Below, piece after piece: positions 40,654 through 50,917 of a stretch of 64,000 nt of DNA; positions within the stretch are counted from its first letter, which is position 1, and each line of letters starts with the position of its first letter. The position numbers and the translations under genes were made by a program. This stretch comes from Flavobacteriaceae bacterium. Lineage in GTDB: Bacteria; Bacteroidota; Bacteroidia; Flavobacteriales; Flavobacteriaceae. The DNA is taken from assembly GCA_049890035.1 (NCBI GenBank), contig JBMHCG010000033.1:13536-77535 (forward strand). The letters are read 5' to 3'. The notes under the pieces are model-generated. The model was not told the origin of the DNA. It searched no databases and saw nothing but the letters and a program-made list of their open reading frames with translations.

Positions 40654-41798
40654 TGAGTGTAGATTTATTGGTTCCAGTTCCCGACGAAACCGTCTCTAGT
40701 ATCGGTTTACTTCCCAAACAAGTGATTGGAAAAACCATTCCTATTCATACACAAAAATCAGGATTACCCGAACTTAAAAATACGCATGTTGCCCTTATAG
40801 GAGTCAGTGAAATTCGTAATGCTTTTTTTCCAACAGCACACTATCAAACGCAAGACTTTAGAGTGGCATTTTATCAACTGTATCCGGGAAATTGGAACCT
40901 AAGAATCATTGATTTAGGGGATTTACCCAATGGGGAAACAGTTGAAGATACGTATTTTGCGTTGCAAGAGATTTGTGCTCATTTACGGCAAATGAATATC
41001 ATTCCAGTACTCATTGGCGGATCACACGACTTAATATATCCCATGTATCGCTCTTATTCGTCTGGAAACCAACTTGTCAATTTGGTGTCCATTGACAGTC
41101 AGTTCGATTTTTCGCAGCAAGAAGAGTTGATTTCAGGACGTTCTTATATGAGTAAAATCATTATGGAGCAACCCAATATGCTCTATAACTATACCAATTT
41201 GGGGTATCAGAGTTATTATATTGCGCAGGAAGAGTTGGACTTAATGGAAAAGCTTTTTTTTGAGTCGTATCGTTTGGGTACTTTTTCTCATGATGTGAGC
41301 TTAGCAGAACCACTTGTTCGAGATGCCGATATTGTGAGTATTGATATGAAATCCTTGTCATGGCAAAGTACGGGAGATCCCAATGGTCTACCGAATGGGA
41401 TTGATAGCGAAACGATATGTGCATTGGCTCGGTATGCAGGAATTAGCGATCGTTTAGGCACTTTTGGCTTGTTTGAGCTTCCTTCAACCACAATTTTTCA
41501 TAAATTATTGGCACAAATTGTTTGGTATTTTATTGAAGGTGTTAGTTTGCGTTTTGGAGAGTATCCCGTTCTGACAAGCCAAGGTTTTAAGCGGTATACC
41601 GTGACATTGTCAGATCGTGACTTGGTCTTTTACCAAAGTGAAATAAGCGAAAGATGGTGGATTGAAATCACAAATGAGAACTATTTAGATAATAAAACAA
41701 AAACTACTGCGTTATTACCTTGCAACCGTCAGGAATATCAAGATGCTTGCAACGATATTTTACCGGAAAGATGGTGGAAGGCTACCAAAAGAGGGTAA
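40653..41798 (+). CDS. Arginase/formimidoylglutamase-family protein
   Basis: 381 aa with ureohydrolase-like segments (VLIGGSHDLIYP, SIDMKSL). The ATG shares one base with the topA TAA. This topA/gldK-flanking position is what I remember in flavobacteria. Confidence 0.6.
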   Translation: MSVDLLVPVPDETVSSIGLLPKQVIGKTIPIHTQKSGLPELKNTHVALIGVSEIRNAFFPTAHYQTQDFRVAFYQLYPGNWNLRIIDLGDLPNGETVEDTYFALQEICAHLRQMNIIPVLIGGSHDLIYPMYRSYSSGNQLVNLVSIDSQFDFSQQEELISGRSYMSKIIMEQPNMLYNYTNLGYQSYYIAQEELDLMEKLFFESYRLGTFSHDVSLAEPLVRDADIVSIDMKSLSWQSTGDPNGLPNGIDSETICALARYAGISDRLGTFGLFELPSTTIFHKLLAQIVWYFIEGVSLRFGEYPVLTSQGFKRYTVTLSDRDLVFYQSEISERWWIEITNENYLDNKTKTTALLPCNRQEYQDACNDILPERWWKATKRG

Positions 41799-41867
41799 AA
41801 CATCAAACCCAACTCGAACTAGAAACTAAACTTGGTTCTAAATAATTTGGTGAAGTAACCAACCAGT

Positions 41868-43247
41868 ATGAAAAAATTAGTGCTTTTAACTCTTGTCATT
41901 TTATCCATAGCTAGCTGTGGACGAAAAAATCGAGGGGAACTTATTGGGGTCAGGCAGAAAAAATGGTTTCCAGAAAAACCATACGGAATGACATTAATCG
42001 AGGGTGGATCATACATTATGGGAAAATCCGATGAAGATATAGCACAATTGCAAAATGCCCCTGCACGAACTGTTACCGTTCCTTCTTTCTACATGGACGA
42101 AACAGAAATCACAAACAGCGAATACCGTCAATTTGTTTATTGGGTAAAAGATAGTGTAACGCTATCGTTACTAGCCAAACGAGCCGCTGAAGTTGAAAAA
42201 ACACAGGATGAAAAAAACAGTATTGGTGAATATGCCTTTGCTGATGCCGATACCTCTAAGTTGAGTGAATATCAAAAGTACATGCTCGCCAACTACTATG
42301 AAGCAGATCCAGAACGCTACGGTGATGGTCGATCCCTAAATTGGGATGCGCAAATTATGTGGGACACAAGAGACTACCTTGACCAGGACTATTCCGAAAT
42401 GATGGATTCCATGTACTTACCTCCAGATTTATGGTACAACGGCGAAATGAAAATTGACGTCACCAAACTTGTTTATAAATATACTTGGTTTGACGCAGAA
42501 TCGGCTTCTAAAGAATCCAAAAGAACCCGTCAGCAGTTCATTGATAGAAAACCTTTTATCAAGAAAGAAGAGGTAGAGATTTATCCGGATACTACTGTTT
42601 GGATTAAAGATTTCATCTACTCCTATAACGAGCCCATGCACAATGAATATTTTTCACATCCTGCTTATCAGGATTATCCGGTTGTCGGGGTATCATGGAA
42701 ACAAGCTGTTGCCTTTTGTAATTGGAGAACACATTTTAAAAACAGTTACCAAAAATCAAGAAACAAACCCTTGGTGAACAATTTCCGTTTGCCAAGTGAA
42801 GCAGAATGGGAGTATGCTGCCCGAGGCGGTATTCCTTCTGGAACCTATCCATGGGGAGGTCCTTACTTACTCAATGACCGTGGGTGTTTTTTGGCCAACT
42901 TCAAACCCCTACGTGGAGATTACGCTGTAGATCAAGCGGTCTATACTGTGGAGGCCAAATCCTATTTGCCAAACGATTACAATTTGTATAATATGGCTGG
43001 AAATGTTGCTGAATGGACACGTTCTTCCTATGATCCAGGAGCCTATGACAATGTCGCATCATTAAATCCAGACATGTCAATAGAATTTGAAAAAAGAAAA
43101 GTTGTACGTGGCGGGTCTTGGAAAGACGTTGCTTATTTCTTACGAGTCAGTTCACGTGACTATGAATATCAGGATACGGCAAGAAGTTTTATTGGCTTCC
43201 GAACGGTTCAAGATTACCTAGGTACGTCCAACGTTAAAATCAAATAA
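41868..43247 (+). CDS. gldK: Gliding motility / T9SS lipoprotein GldK (FGE-sulfatase-like fold)
   Basis: Lipobox ILSIASCG, then GELIGVRQKKWFPEKPYGMTLIEGGSYIMG. SUMF1-type C-terminus (RGGSW, FRLPSEAEWEYAARGG). Confidence 0.9.
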   Translation: MKKLVLLTLVILSIASCGRKNRGELIGVRQKKWFPEKPYGMTLIEGGSYIMGKSDEDIAQLQNAPARTVTVPSFYMDETEITNSEYRQFVYWVKDSVTLSLLAKRAAEVEKTQDEKNSIGEYAFADADTSKLSEYQKYMLANYYEADPERYGDGRSLNWDAQIMWDTRDYLDQDYSEMMDSMYLPPDLWYNGEMKIDVTKLVYKYTWFDAESASKESKRTRQQFIDRKPFIKKEEVEIYPDTTVWIKDFIYSYNEPMHNEYFSHPAYQDYPVVGVSWKQAVAFCNWRTHFKNSYQKSRNKPLVNNFRLPSEAEWEYAARGGIPSGTYPWGGPYLLNDRGCFLANFKPLRGDYAVDQAVYTVEAKSYLPNDYNLYNMAGNVAEWTRSSYDPGAYDNVASLNPDMSIEFEKRKVVRGGSWKDVAYFLRVSSRDYEYQDTARSFIGFRTVQDYLGTSNVKIK

Positions 43248-43283
43248 TATCATTATTTTTATACCATCGTAAACTATAAAAAA

Positions 43284-43928
43284 ATGAATGAAAAAACTCT
43301 CAACAAACGGTTAAGAAGTAAAATTGCCATGCACATGCTCTTTGGATTAGGAGGTGCGGTTGTAATTATTGGTGCACTCTTCAAAATTCTTCACTTAGAG
43401 ATAGGCCCTATCACAGGAGGTCTGGTTCTTGGTTTGGGATTGGGAACAGAGGCATTGATCTTTACAGTTGCAGCTTTGAATACAGGAGAAATTAAAGAAG
43501 AACACGCAGATTATGTCAAAAAAGTAAGTGGTCAGTCGGCCAAAGCTGCTCCCAAGAGTGATGGCAGTCTTTCTTCAAAAATTGATGAGTTGATGAAAGA
43601 AGCTAAATTGGATGTGGCTTTAATGAATAACTTGACGAACAGCATCAAAAATCTAGAAGCTACGGCACAAGCGATTCAGCCCGTCACTTCAACTGTTAAC
43701 TCGAATCAAGAGTACAGTGATCAACTACAGAAAGCTGCAAAAACATTGAATGAACTCAATGGTCATTATGCCAAGCAGGTAGAGGCAGCTGGAAGTAATA
43801 CTGCATTTAACTCCCAAGTAGCGCAAAACGCAGAACAGCTTCGTGTACAAATGGAATCGCTTTCTGCCAATCTTGCCAATTTGAATCAAGTATATGGTGG
43901 AATGCTTTCTGCTATGAACACCAAATAA
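43284..43928 (+). CDS. gldL: Gliding motility / T9SS motor protein GldL
   Basis: 214 aa with two N-terminal TM helices (GGAVVIIGALFKILH...) and a helical cytoplasmic tail, between gldK and gldM. Confidence 0.85.
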   Translation: MNEKTLNKRLRSKIAMHMLFGLGGAVVIIGALFKILHLEIGPITGGLVLGLGLGTEALIFTVAALNTGEIKEEHADYVKKVSGQSAKAAPKSDGSLSSKIDELMKEAKLDVALMNNLTNSIKNLEATAQAIQPVTSTVNSNQEYSDQLQKAAKTLNELNGHYAKQVEAAGSNTAFNSQVAQNAEQLRVQMESLSANLANLNQVYGGMLSAMNTK

Positions 43929-43937
43929 GTATAAGTA

Positions 43938-45521
43938 ATGGCAGGAGCAAAAGAAACCCCCAGGCAGAAGCTGATCAGCTTGATGTATCTGGTGTTCATT
44001 ACCATGCTAGCCCTGAATGTTAGTAAGGAAGTATTAGATGGTTTTGGACAGATGTTCGTTAAACTCAAAAGTGCAAATACACGGGTAGCAGAGACGAATG
44101 AAACGTACTATCAAAAAATTTCTATCAATGCCAAAGAAAAAGAAGGGAAGTGGATTGGCCATGAGCGCACCGCCAATGAGATCAAGAAAACTTCTGAAGA
44201 CTTTTACCAACGCATAGAAGAAATCAAGCAAACGATAACAGAAAAACAAAGAGAAGCCGATCCAGACTTAAAAGAATATTCCCAAATGGACAAAGGAGAG
44301 GCTTTGGACTTATTGTTTTTTGATGCCAACGGAGTGTCCTCTGGTGGGACTGAGTTTGTTGACATGATCAACAACTTCAAAATGAAGGTGATCCAAGTAT
44401 TTGGTAGTCAGTTTCCTCAATATATAGAACAGGTTGAAGGGCGCTTTTTTACGGGTGATCAAAATTCAAACGTTCAAAACAAAGACGGACAAGACCAACC
44501 TTGGTTATCGGCTAATTTTGAAGGTTTTCCATTAATTTCTTCATTGGCTAAACTCACCATGATGCAAAATGACATCCGATTAACAGAAAGCGATGTCTTA
44601 ACAACACTGCTTGGGAAAGAGTTGGAATTGGAATCCGGAGTGACAGAAAGCAATTACATCACCCTTCTAAAATCAGAGAAAGGGGCTTATTATCAAGGAG
44701 AGACTTTTGACGGTAGCGTTATTCTCGGTAGAAAAGGGGGTGCTCAAAAACCCAATTCGGTTAACCTAACTCTTGACGGTCGTAAACTCGGTCCCAATGA
44801 TTATGACTTAATCGCAGGTGGAGTCAAGCTGAAGGTTAGTACCGGACGACCCGGCGATCATGAAATCAAAGGAGATCTGGTGTTTTTGAACGACGGGGTA
44901 GAATCCAAAATCCCTGTTGATCAATCATTTCCAGTTATTTCAAAGCCCAATGCGGCGGTCATTTCTGCTGATAAAATGAATGTAGTTTATCGAGGTGTGG
45001 AAAATCCGATGACTATTTCTATACCCGGAATTCCTGACAGTAAAGTAAAGGCAACGGCACCCGGTCTGAAACGATCCAAAGGGAGCAAGTACATCATGAT
45101 ACCAGGAAAAGGTCGAGAAATCACAATCAATGCAAGTGGTTCTCTACCCGACGGAAAAGTCGTAAACACGAAATCTAAATTTCGGATCAAAGATATTCCA
45201 GCTCCGCGCGGAACAGTTCGTAAACAAGCCGGGAATATTACCATCCCAAAATCAAGTTTAAATGTTGCTTCTGTGGGAGCTGAACTGGAAGACTTTGATT
45301 TTGATATTACCTTACAAACAGTAAGCTTTAAATTTAAAGTTCCAGGACAACCGACCATTACCGTACGAGGAAACAAACTGGATGCGAAAGCAAAAAGTGC
45401 ACTTCGTCGAGCGCGGGCAGGTCAATCGGTACAGATTTTTGACATCAAGGTTAAAAACCCCAAAAACCCGAACTACCGATTCAAAAAGGTTTCTCCTGTG
45501 ATTTGTGAAATTGTAAACTAA
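43938..45521 (+). CDS. gldM: Gliding motility / T9SS protein GldM
   Basis: N-terminus PRQKLISLMYLVFITMLALNVSKEVLDGF is characteristic of GldM; 527 aa. Confidence 0.9.
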   Translation: MAGAKETPRQKLISLMYLVFITMLALNVSKEVLDGFGQMFVKLKSANTRVAETNETYYQKISINAKEKEGKWIGHERTANEIKKTSEDFYQRIEEIKQTITEKQREADPDLKEYSQMDKGEALDLLFFDANGVSSGGTEFVDMINNFKMKVIQVFGSQFPQYIEQVEGRFFTGDQNSNVQNKDGQDQPWLSANFEGFPLISSLAKLTMMQNDIRLTESDVLTTLLGKELELESGVTESNYITLLKSEKGAYYQGETFDGSVILGRKGGAQKPNSVNLTLDGRKLGPNDYDLIAGGVKLKVSTGRPGDHEIKGDLVFLNDGVESKIPVDQSFPVISKPNAAVISADKMNVVYRGVENPMTISIPGIPDSKVKATAPGLKRSKGSKYIMIPGKGREITINASGSLPDGKVVNTKSKFRIKDIPAPRGTVRKQAGNITIPKSSLNVASVGAELEDFDFDITLQTVSFKFKVPGQPTITVRGNKLDAKAKSALRRARAGQSVQIFDIKVKNPKNPNYRFKKVSPVICEIVN

Positions 45522-45532
45522 ATCATACTACA

Positions 45533-46435
45533 ATGAAACCTCTAAAGCATCTACTCATCCTTTCGATTGCCATGTTTTTGCAGAACAATACCGTTCTTGC
45601 ACAGGCCAATCTGCTGAATGCGCGTGTCCCACAAGATATTGGTAAATTGACCGAATATCAGGTGGAATCTAACGATGTTACACCACTCGCTTATGGATAT
45701 GTAGATGATAGAGATGTTTTATGGTCAAAAACAATCTGGGAAATAATCGATCTTAACGAGCGCGTTAACTTCCCTTATTATTATCCAACCGATACACTTA
45801 ACTTGGGTCCAGACAGAAGGTCATTGTTTGATTTGTTAAAATTAGATTTAAGTCGAGGACGTATCAAAGAGGTGTATAATTCTTCTTATTTCCAGGAAAA
45901 ACTTACGTATGAGGAAATACAGGAAAGCTTGATGGCAATTGATACCATCGAGGCCGGTTACGACCAATTTAACGCGGAAGGGTTTGTAGATCCAGAATAT
46001 ATCAACAAAAGACGCATTACTGCGGCTGAAATCAAACAGTACCGAATCAAAGGAACTTGGTATTTCAACAAGCGTCTTGGAGAACTCCGATACCGTCTTT
46101 TGGGAGTATGTCCCGTGGCTGCTGATATCGCTATTGAGGCAGCCAGTGAGGAAGAAGAAGACTTAGTAGAATTGTTTTGGGTTTGGTATCCCGACGCTCG
46201 AGAAACCCTGAACCAAAACAGTATTTTCAATTCACGAAATTCTTCTCAACCCATTACCTTCGATGTCATGTTGAATTCCAGACGATTTAATTCCATAATT
46301 TACAAAGAAGAAAATGTTTATGAGGATAGAGAAGTCAAGGATTATATCTTCGAAGACGCCCTCCGTCAATTACTCGAATCCGAACGCATCAAATCTGTGA
46401 TACGTGATTTTGAGCAAGACATGTGGAATAATTAA
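45533..46435 (+). CDS. gldN: Gliding motility / T9SS protein GldN
   Basis: 300 aa with a signal peptide. Fourth gene of the gldKLMN unit. Confidence 0.85.
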   Translation: MKPLKHLLILSIAMFLQNNTVLAQANLLNARVPQDIGKLTEYQVESNDVTPLAYGYVDDRDVLWSKTIWEIIDLNERVNFPYYYPTDTLNLGPDRRSLFDLLKLDLSRGRIKEVYNSSYFQEKLTYEEIQESLMAIDTIEAGYDQFNAEGFVDPEYINKRRITAAEIKQYRIKGTWYFNKRLGELRYRLLGVCPVAADIAIEAASEEEEDLVELFWVWYPDARETLNQNSIFNSRNSSQPITFDVMLNSRRFNSIIYKEENVYEDREVKDYIFEDALRQLLESERIKSVIRDFEQDMWNN

Positions 46436-46455
46436 TTCAGTTTTATTCGTTCATT

Positions 46456-46486
46456 AAAGCGCTGCCTTACCGCAGCGCTTTTTTAT
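46456..46486 (+). terminator. Rho-independent terminator after gldN
   Basis: Stem GCGCTGC / GCAGCGC (46459-46465 / 46472-46478) followed by T7. Confidence 0.7.
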
Positions 46487-46495
46487 TTTCATACG

Positions 46496-47545
46496 ATGAA
46501 AGTAGACAGCATCATAGTTGGATTTGGTTTGGCGGGACTCGCAATAGCAGAACAGTTACGCCGAAGAGGTAAAACTTTTGTGCTTGTTGATAATCTTAAT
46601 AAAGGTGCTTCCCAACGTGCTGCTGGGGTGTACAATCCGACTGTACTGAAACGGTATACCCTGTCTTGGGATGGTCCTGAATTGCTTCAACAAGCACTTA
46701 ATTTTTATCGGGATTTGGAAGCTAGTTTAGAAGAGAAATTCCTGCATCCCTTACCAATAGCGCGGATCTTTCACTCCCCTGCAGAACACAATCGATGGAT
46801 ATCGGCTGCAGACAAATATGAATTTAAAAAGTTTCTAAATCCAACTATTCAGCGACAGGTTCCACAAGCAGTGTATGCTCCTTTTGGCTATGGCTTGGTA
46901 GAAAACGTTGGACGTTTGGATATTCCTTCTCTTCTTCAGAAATATCGCAAAGTACACCTTCAAAAAAGTCTATGGTATCGTGAAAATTGTAATTATCAGG
47001 AAATCATTTGCCGCAAAGAGGCTGTTCAATACAAAGATGTCACTGCCAAGCATATGATTTTCTGTGAAGGATATCAAGTTCATTTGAATCCCTTTTTTAA
47101 ATATTTACCCATACGCGGCTCTCATGGTGACATGTTGCGTATTAAAGCACCTCAAATGGATGTTACTCGTATATGGAAAAGTCGTTTGTTTGTCGTACCA
47201 CAAGGGGAAAGTAGATTTTGGATTGGCGCATCGTACAATAACCGCTATAAAGAAGCAGAACCGACAACCCAAGGGAGGGCATGGTTAATAGATCATCTTG
47301 AACACTTGATACAGGTCCCCTATACTATCGAATCCCAAGAAGGCTGTGTTCGTCCCACGGTGATGGATCGCCGCCCGCTGGTAGGAACACATCCCATTGA
47401 ACCACGATTGCATATTTTAAATGGATTGGGGTCGCGTGGTGTCATGACAGCTCCGCAAATGGGTGTACATTTGTGTCATTTACTATATGAACAAAAACCC
47501 TTACCCAAAGCCATAGGAATAGAAAGATTTAGGCATCTATGTTAA
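46496..47545 (+). CDS. FAD-dependent oxidoreductase (DAO family)
   Basis: N-terminal Rossmann fold IIVGFGLAGLAIA; 349 aa. Confidence 0.7.
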   Translation: MKVDSIIVGFGLAGLAIAEQLRRRGKTFVLVDNLNKGASQRAAGVYNPTVLKRYTLSWDGPELLQQALNFYRDLEASLEEKFLHPLPIARIFHSPAEHNRWISAADKYEFKKFLNPTIQRQVPQAVYAPFGYGLVENVGRLDIPSLLQKYRKVHLQKSLWYRENCNYQEIICRKEAVQYKDVTAKHMIFCEGYQVHLNPFFKYLPIRGSHGDMLRIKAPQMDVTRIWKSRLFVVPQGESRFWIGASYNNRYKEAEPTTQGRAWLIDHLEHLIQVPYTIESQEGCVRPTVMDRRPLVGTHPIEPRLHILNGLGSRGVMTAPQMGVHLCHLLYEQKPLPKAIGIERFRHLC

Positions 47546-49434
47546 GCGCTCAGGATATAACAGTTTCTTTTGGAGGGGCCATTTTATTCGAAAACCTTTC
47601 TTTTCGAATAGGGGCTGGTGATCGGATCGGTCTGGTTGGGAAAAATGGTGCGGGGAAATCCACGCTTCTCAAACTAATTGCTCAACAACAGCGCCCAAGT
47701 ACAGGTTCTTTTGCCATTGAAAAAAATTGTAGTATTGGTTACCTACCACAAGATATCGATTTTGAAAAAGGAAGAACCGTTCTAGAAGAAAGCTATCAGG
47801 CATTCACTGAAATTATCGCTTTGGAAGATAAGCAGGAAGTAGTCAACCAACAACTGCTGTCAAGGACCGATTATGAAAGTCCTGCCTATACGGAACTGTT
47901 GACTTTACAAGCCGAATTAGGTGAGCGGTATGAATTAATAGGGGGCTATACCTATAAAGCTTCTGTGGAACGTGTATTAAAAGGATTGGGATTCACAGTA
48001 AAGGATTTTGATCGTGCGACGGAAACCTTTTCAGGGGGTTGGAGAATGCGTATTGAACTGGCCAAATTACTTCTAAAAAGCCACCATATATTATTATTAG
48101 ACGAGCCTACCAATCACTTGGATATTGATTCCATAGTTTGGTTGGAAGATTTTTTGACTAAGTACAAGGGGGCTATTGTACTGGTTTCTCACGACAAAAT
48201 GTTTTTGGATCAGGTTACCAATCGAACCATGGAAATTATTCAAAAACAGCTTTATGATTTTAAAAAACCCTATTCAGCCTATCTATTGGTAAGGAGTGAA
48301 CTGCGGGAGAAGCAATTGGCTGCAAAAAAAAATCAAGAGAAGAAAATCCAGCAAACCGAACAGTTAATCGAACGATTTCGCGCCAAGGCCTCAAAGGCCA
48401 GCATGGCCCAGTCGTTGATGAAAAAACTGGATAAAATAGACAGGATTGAAGTTGATCCAGAAGAAACAGAATCGATGAAGCTCCATTTTCCTGTGTCTCA
48501 GCAACCAGGAAAAGTAGTCCTAGAAATAGAAAAAGTATCAAAGTCTTTTGCAGACAAAGAAGTCTTACAAGAGGTAGACCTGGCAATAGAAAGAGGCAGT
48601 AAAATAGCTTTTGTTGGCCAAAATGGTCAGGGAAAAACAACCCTAGCAAAGATTCTTGTAGGTGAATTGGGAAGTGAGGGACATGTAAAACTTGGGCACA
48701 ATGTCGAATTGGGTTATTTTGCTCAAGATCAATCCCAACAATTGACAAGAGAGCTGACTGTTTTGGATACTGCCTTACAGGCAGCCACAGAAGACAATCG
48801 AAAGTCTGTCAGAGACGTTTTAGGTGCTTTTTTGTTTCGTGGGGAAGATGTCGAAAAAAAAGTATCGGTATTATCCGGAGGGGAACGCAATCGTTTGGCT
48901 TTATGCAAGCTTTTGTTACAGCCTTTTAATGTTCTTATAATGGATGAACCTACAAATCACCTTGATTTACAATCGAAAAAGGTTCTCAAAGAAGCACTTA
49001 AAAGATTTGAGGGGACCTTAATACTCGTTTCACATGACAGAGATTTCTTACAAGACTTGTGTACGACTGTTTTTGAATTTAAAAACAAAAGCGTAAAAGC
49101 TTTCCTTGGGGGCATCGCAGATTATTTGGAATTAAAAAAAATGGGTTCCCTCCGAGATTTGGAAGTATCTTCTAAGAAGAAGAAACCTAAAGCTGAAAAT
49201 TCTTCTTCCTATCAGAATTTGAAAGAACAAAAGAAATTACAAAACAAACTGGGATCCATCGAAAAACAAATTCAAACTCTTGAATCTTGGATAAAGGATA
49301 CCGATTTTGAATTGGAAATAAATTATGAAGAAACGATTCAACAAGAAAATTTTTTCGATCGCTATCATGCCAAAAAAAATGAACTCGAAATGCTCTATGC
49401 AGATTGGGAAAAGCTACACGACAAATTAAAATAA
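47539..49434 (+). CDS. ABC-F family ATPase (two ABC domains, no TM)
   Basis: Walker A GKNGAGKST and GQNGQGKTT; signatures LSGGWRMR and LSGGERNR; coiled-coil linker and C-terminus. Confidence 0.9.
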   Translation: MLSAQDITVSFGGAILFENLSFRIGAGDRIGLVGKNGAGKSTLLKLIAQQQRPSTGSFAIEKNCSIGYLPQDIDFEKGRTVLEESYQAFTEIIALEDKQEVVNQQLLSRTDYESPAYTELLTLQAELGERYELIGGYTYKASVERVLKGLGFTVKDFDRATETFSGGWRMRIELAKLLLKSHHILLLDEPTNHLDIDSIVWLEDFLTKYKGAIVLVSHDKMFLDQVTNRTMEIIQKQLYDFKKPYSAYLLVRSELREKQLAAKKNQEKKIQQTEQLIERFRAKASKASMAQSLMKKLDKIDRIEVDPEETESMKLHFPVSQQPGKVVLEIEKVSKSFADKEVLQEVDLAIERGSKIAFVGQNGQGKTTLAKILVGELGSEGHVKLGHNVELGYFAQDQSQQLTRELTVLDTALQAATEDNRKSVRDVLGAFLFRGEDVEKKVSVLSGGERNRLALCKLLLQPFNVLIMDEPTNHLDLQSKKVLKEALKRFEGTLILVSHDRDFLQDLCTTVFEFKNKSVKAFLGGIADYLELKKMGSLRDLEVSSKKKKPKAENSSSYQNLKEQKKLQNKLGSIEKQIQTLESWIKDTDFELEINYEETIQQENFFDRYHAKKNELEMLYADWEKLHDKLK

Positions 49435-49616
49435 TGGTAGAACAGCATTTTCAATGTCCTTATTGTTGGGAAAACATCTCCATGCTTGTGGATGTATCTC
49501 TAGAAAGGGACGACTACATAGAAGATTGTGAGGTGTGTTGCAATCCCATTCAAATAGAGTTTGTAACAGAACAACAGGAGGTTATTGTATTCAGGGCAAA
49601 CTCAATCGAACAGTAA
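49434..49616 (+). CDS. CPXCG-motif cysteine-rich small protein
   Basis: MVEQHFQCPYCWE...DCEVCCNPI. The ATG at 49434 overlaps the ABC-F stop codon (TAATG). Confidence 0.65.
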   Translation: MVEQHFQCPYCWENISMLVDVSLERDDYIEDCEVCCNPIQIEFVTEQQEVIVFRANSIEQ

Positions 49617-49628
49617 CCGAAAAGCTTC

Positions 49629-50798
49629 CTAGTGACTTATTTTTTGTTGTGCCAATGTCCAATCAAACATTTTTTGGTTCTCCATTTCAATGGAATCAGA
49701 GAAAATAACCTGAGAGTCATCAGCTGTATCGCCAACAATCTCTTCCATTGAATTGGTCGTTTTGTCGTTTTTGGTAATTTGAAGCTGGTCGATAACTACA
49801 TTTTTGGAGGCCAACTCAATTTTGGATACATCTAAAAAATTAGAAGCCAGTAGGCCCTTTATTTTTCCTTTGGACTGAGCGTCAACACGAATAATTTGTT
49901 GGTCTTCAGTTGGTGTGTGAACGGTCAGCTTTACGTCACTTATGTTAAATTCTCCTGCGGAAGCTCCTTTGCCACCGCTAATTTCCATTCCGCTGTCAGA
50001 TTGTTCACCCAATACAACCATAATATTTCTAAGGGAACCTGTATACCCTTCGTCAATGTCAATCCCATCATCACCACTGCTGAAAACCAAAAGATTGGAC
50101 GCATTGACGGTACCACCAAAAAATTCGATTCCATCGTCTTGATTGGCATAGACTTCGATTTGATCGATTTCAGTTTGACTACCTACACCACAGAGAGTCA
50201 GGCCATTTGATTCACTTCCCGTACCCATGTAAGTACCACCAAATCGGATGGAAACATATTTGAGTTTCCCTGAATTGTCATCGGGTTGGTCGCCCCCATA
50301 GAAGCTATTGGGATCATTTGGATCCAAACCTACGTAAAATGTACTTTTTGTTTCATTTTCAATGGAAACTGGAGCAGCCCCCAGGATGATGATTCCCCCC
50401 CATAGCCCCTTGTTGTTTTCATTTAATACGGATTGGCTAGACTCTTGTACGTTCATGATATTGTCATCTGCTGATGTGAATACGATGGGGTTTTGTGCCG
50501 TACCCACTGCATTGATCTTAGCTCCTTTGGCAATGATCAACATAGATGCGTTAGGGGATTCTCCAGGTTTCGCTTTCACTAAGGTTCCTGGTTGAATGGT
50601 CAAGGTAGCACCATTGGCAACTTGAACAAGACCGTCCAAAATGTAGACGGCTTCCGAAGTCCAAGTAGTGTCCTGTGTGATGTTGCCTTGTATGATTAAA
50701 GTTGCTTTTTCTGCAGGTGAACAGGCTACCAAAATCAATGACAGGGCAGTGGCTAACCGTATATAAAAGTGCTTTGAAAAAGAACGAATAGCTTCCAT
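49629..50798 (-). CDS. Lipoprotein with beta-helix-like repeats, unknown function
   Basis: ATG at 50798 gives the signal/lipobox LSLILVACS. Recurring segments GATLTIQPGTLVK, GLWGGIIILG and DDGIEFFGGTV/DDGIDIDEG suggest a parallel beta-helix. Confidence 0.55.
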   Translation of the reverse strand: MEAIRSFSKHFYIRLATALSLILVACSPAEKATLIIQGNITQDTTWTSEAVYILDGLVQVANGATLTIQPGTLVKAKPGESPNASMLIIAKGAKINAVGTAQNPIVFTSADDNIMNVQESSQSVLNENNKGLWGGIIILGAAPVSIENETKSTFYVGLDPNDPNSFYGGDQPDDNSGKLKYVSIRFGGTYMGTGSESNGLTLCGVGSQTEIDQIEVYANQDDGIEFFGGTVNASNLLVFSSGDDGIDIDEGYTGSLRNIMVVLGEQSDSGMEISGGKGASAGEFNISDVKLTVHTPTEDQQIIRVDAQSKGKIKGLLASNFLDVSKIELASKNVVIDQLQITKNDKTTNSMEEIVGDTADDSQVIFSDSIEMENQKMFDWTLAQQKISH

Positions 50799-50917
50799 AA
50801 AATATAGTATCGTTAGTTCGGCTAAAGTTAACCAAAGCAAGCGGATTTAAAAAAAAAACTTTTATTCTTGTAACAATTACTTTTCTACAGACTCTTACAT
50901 ATAAACCCCAATTTTCG

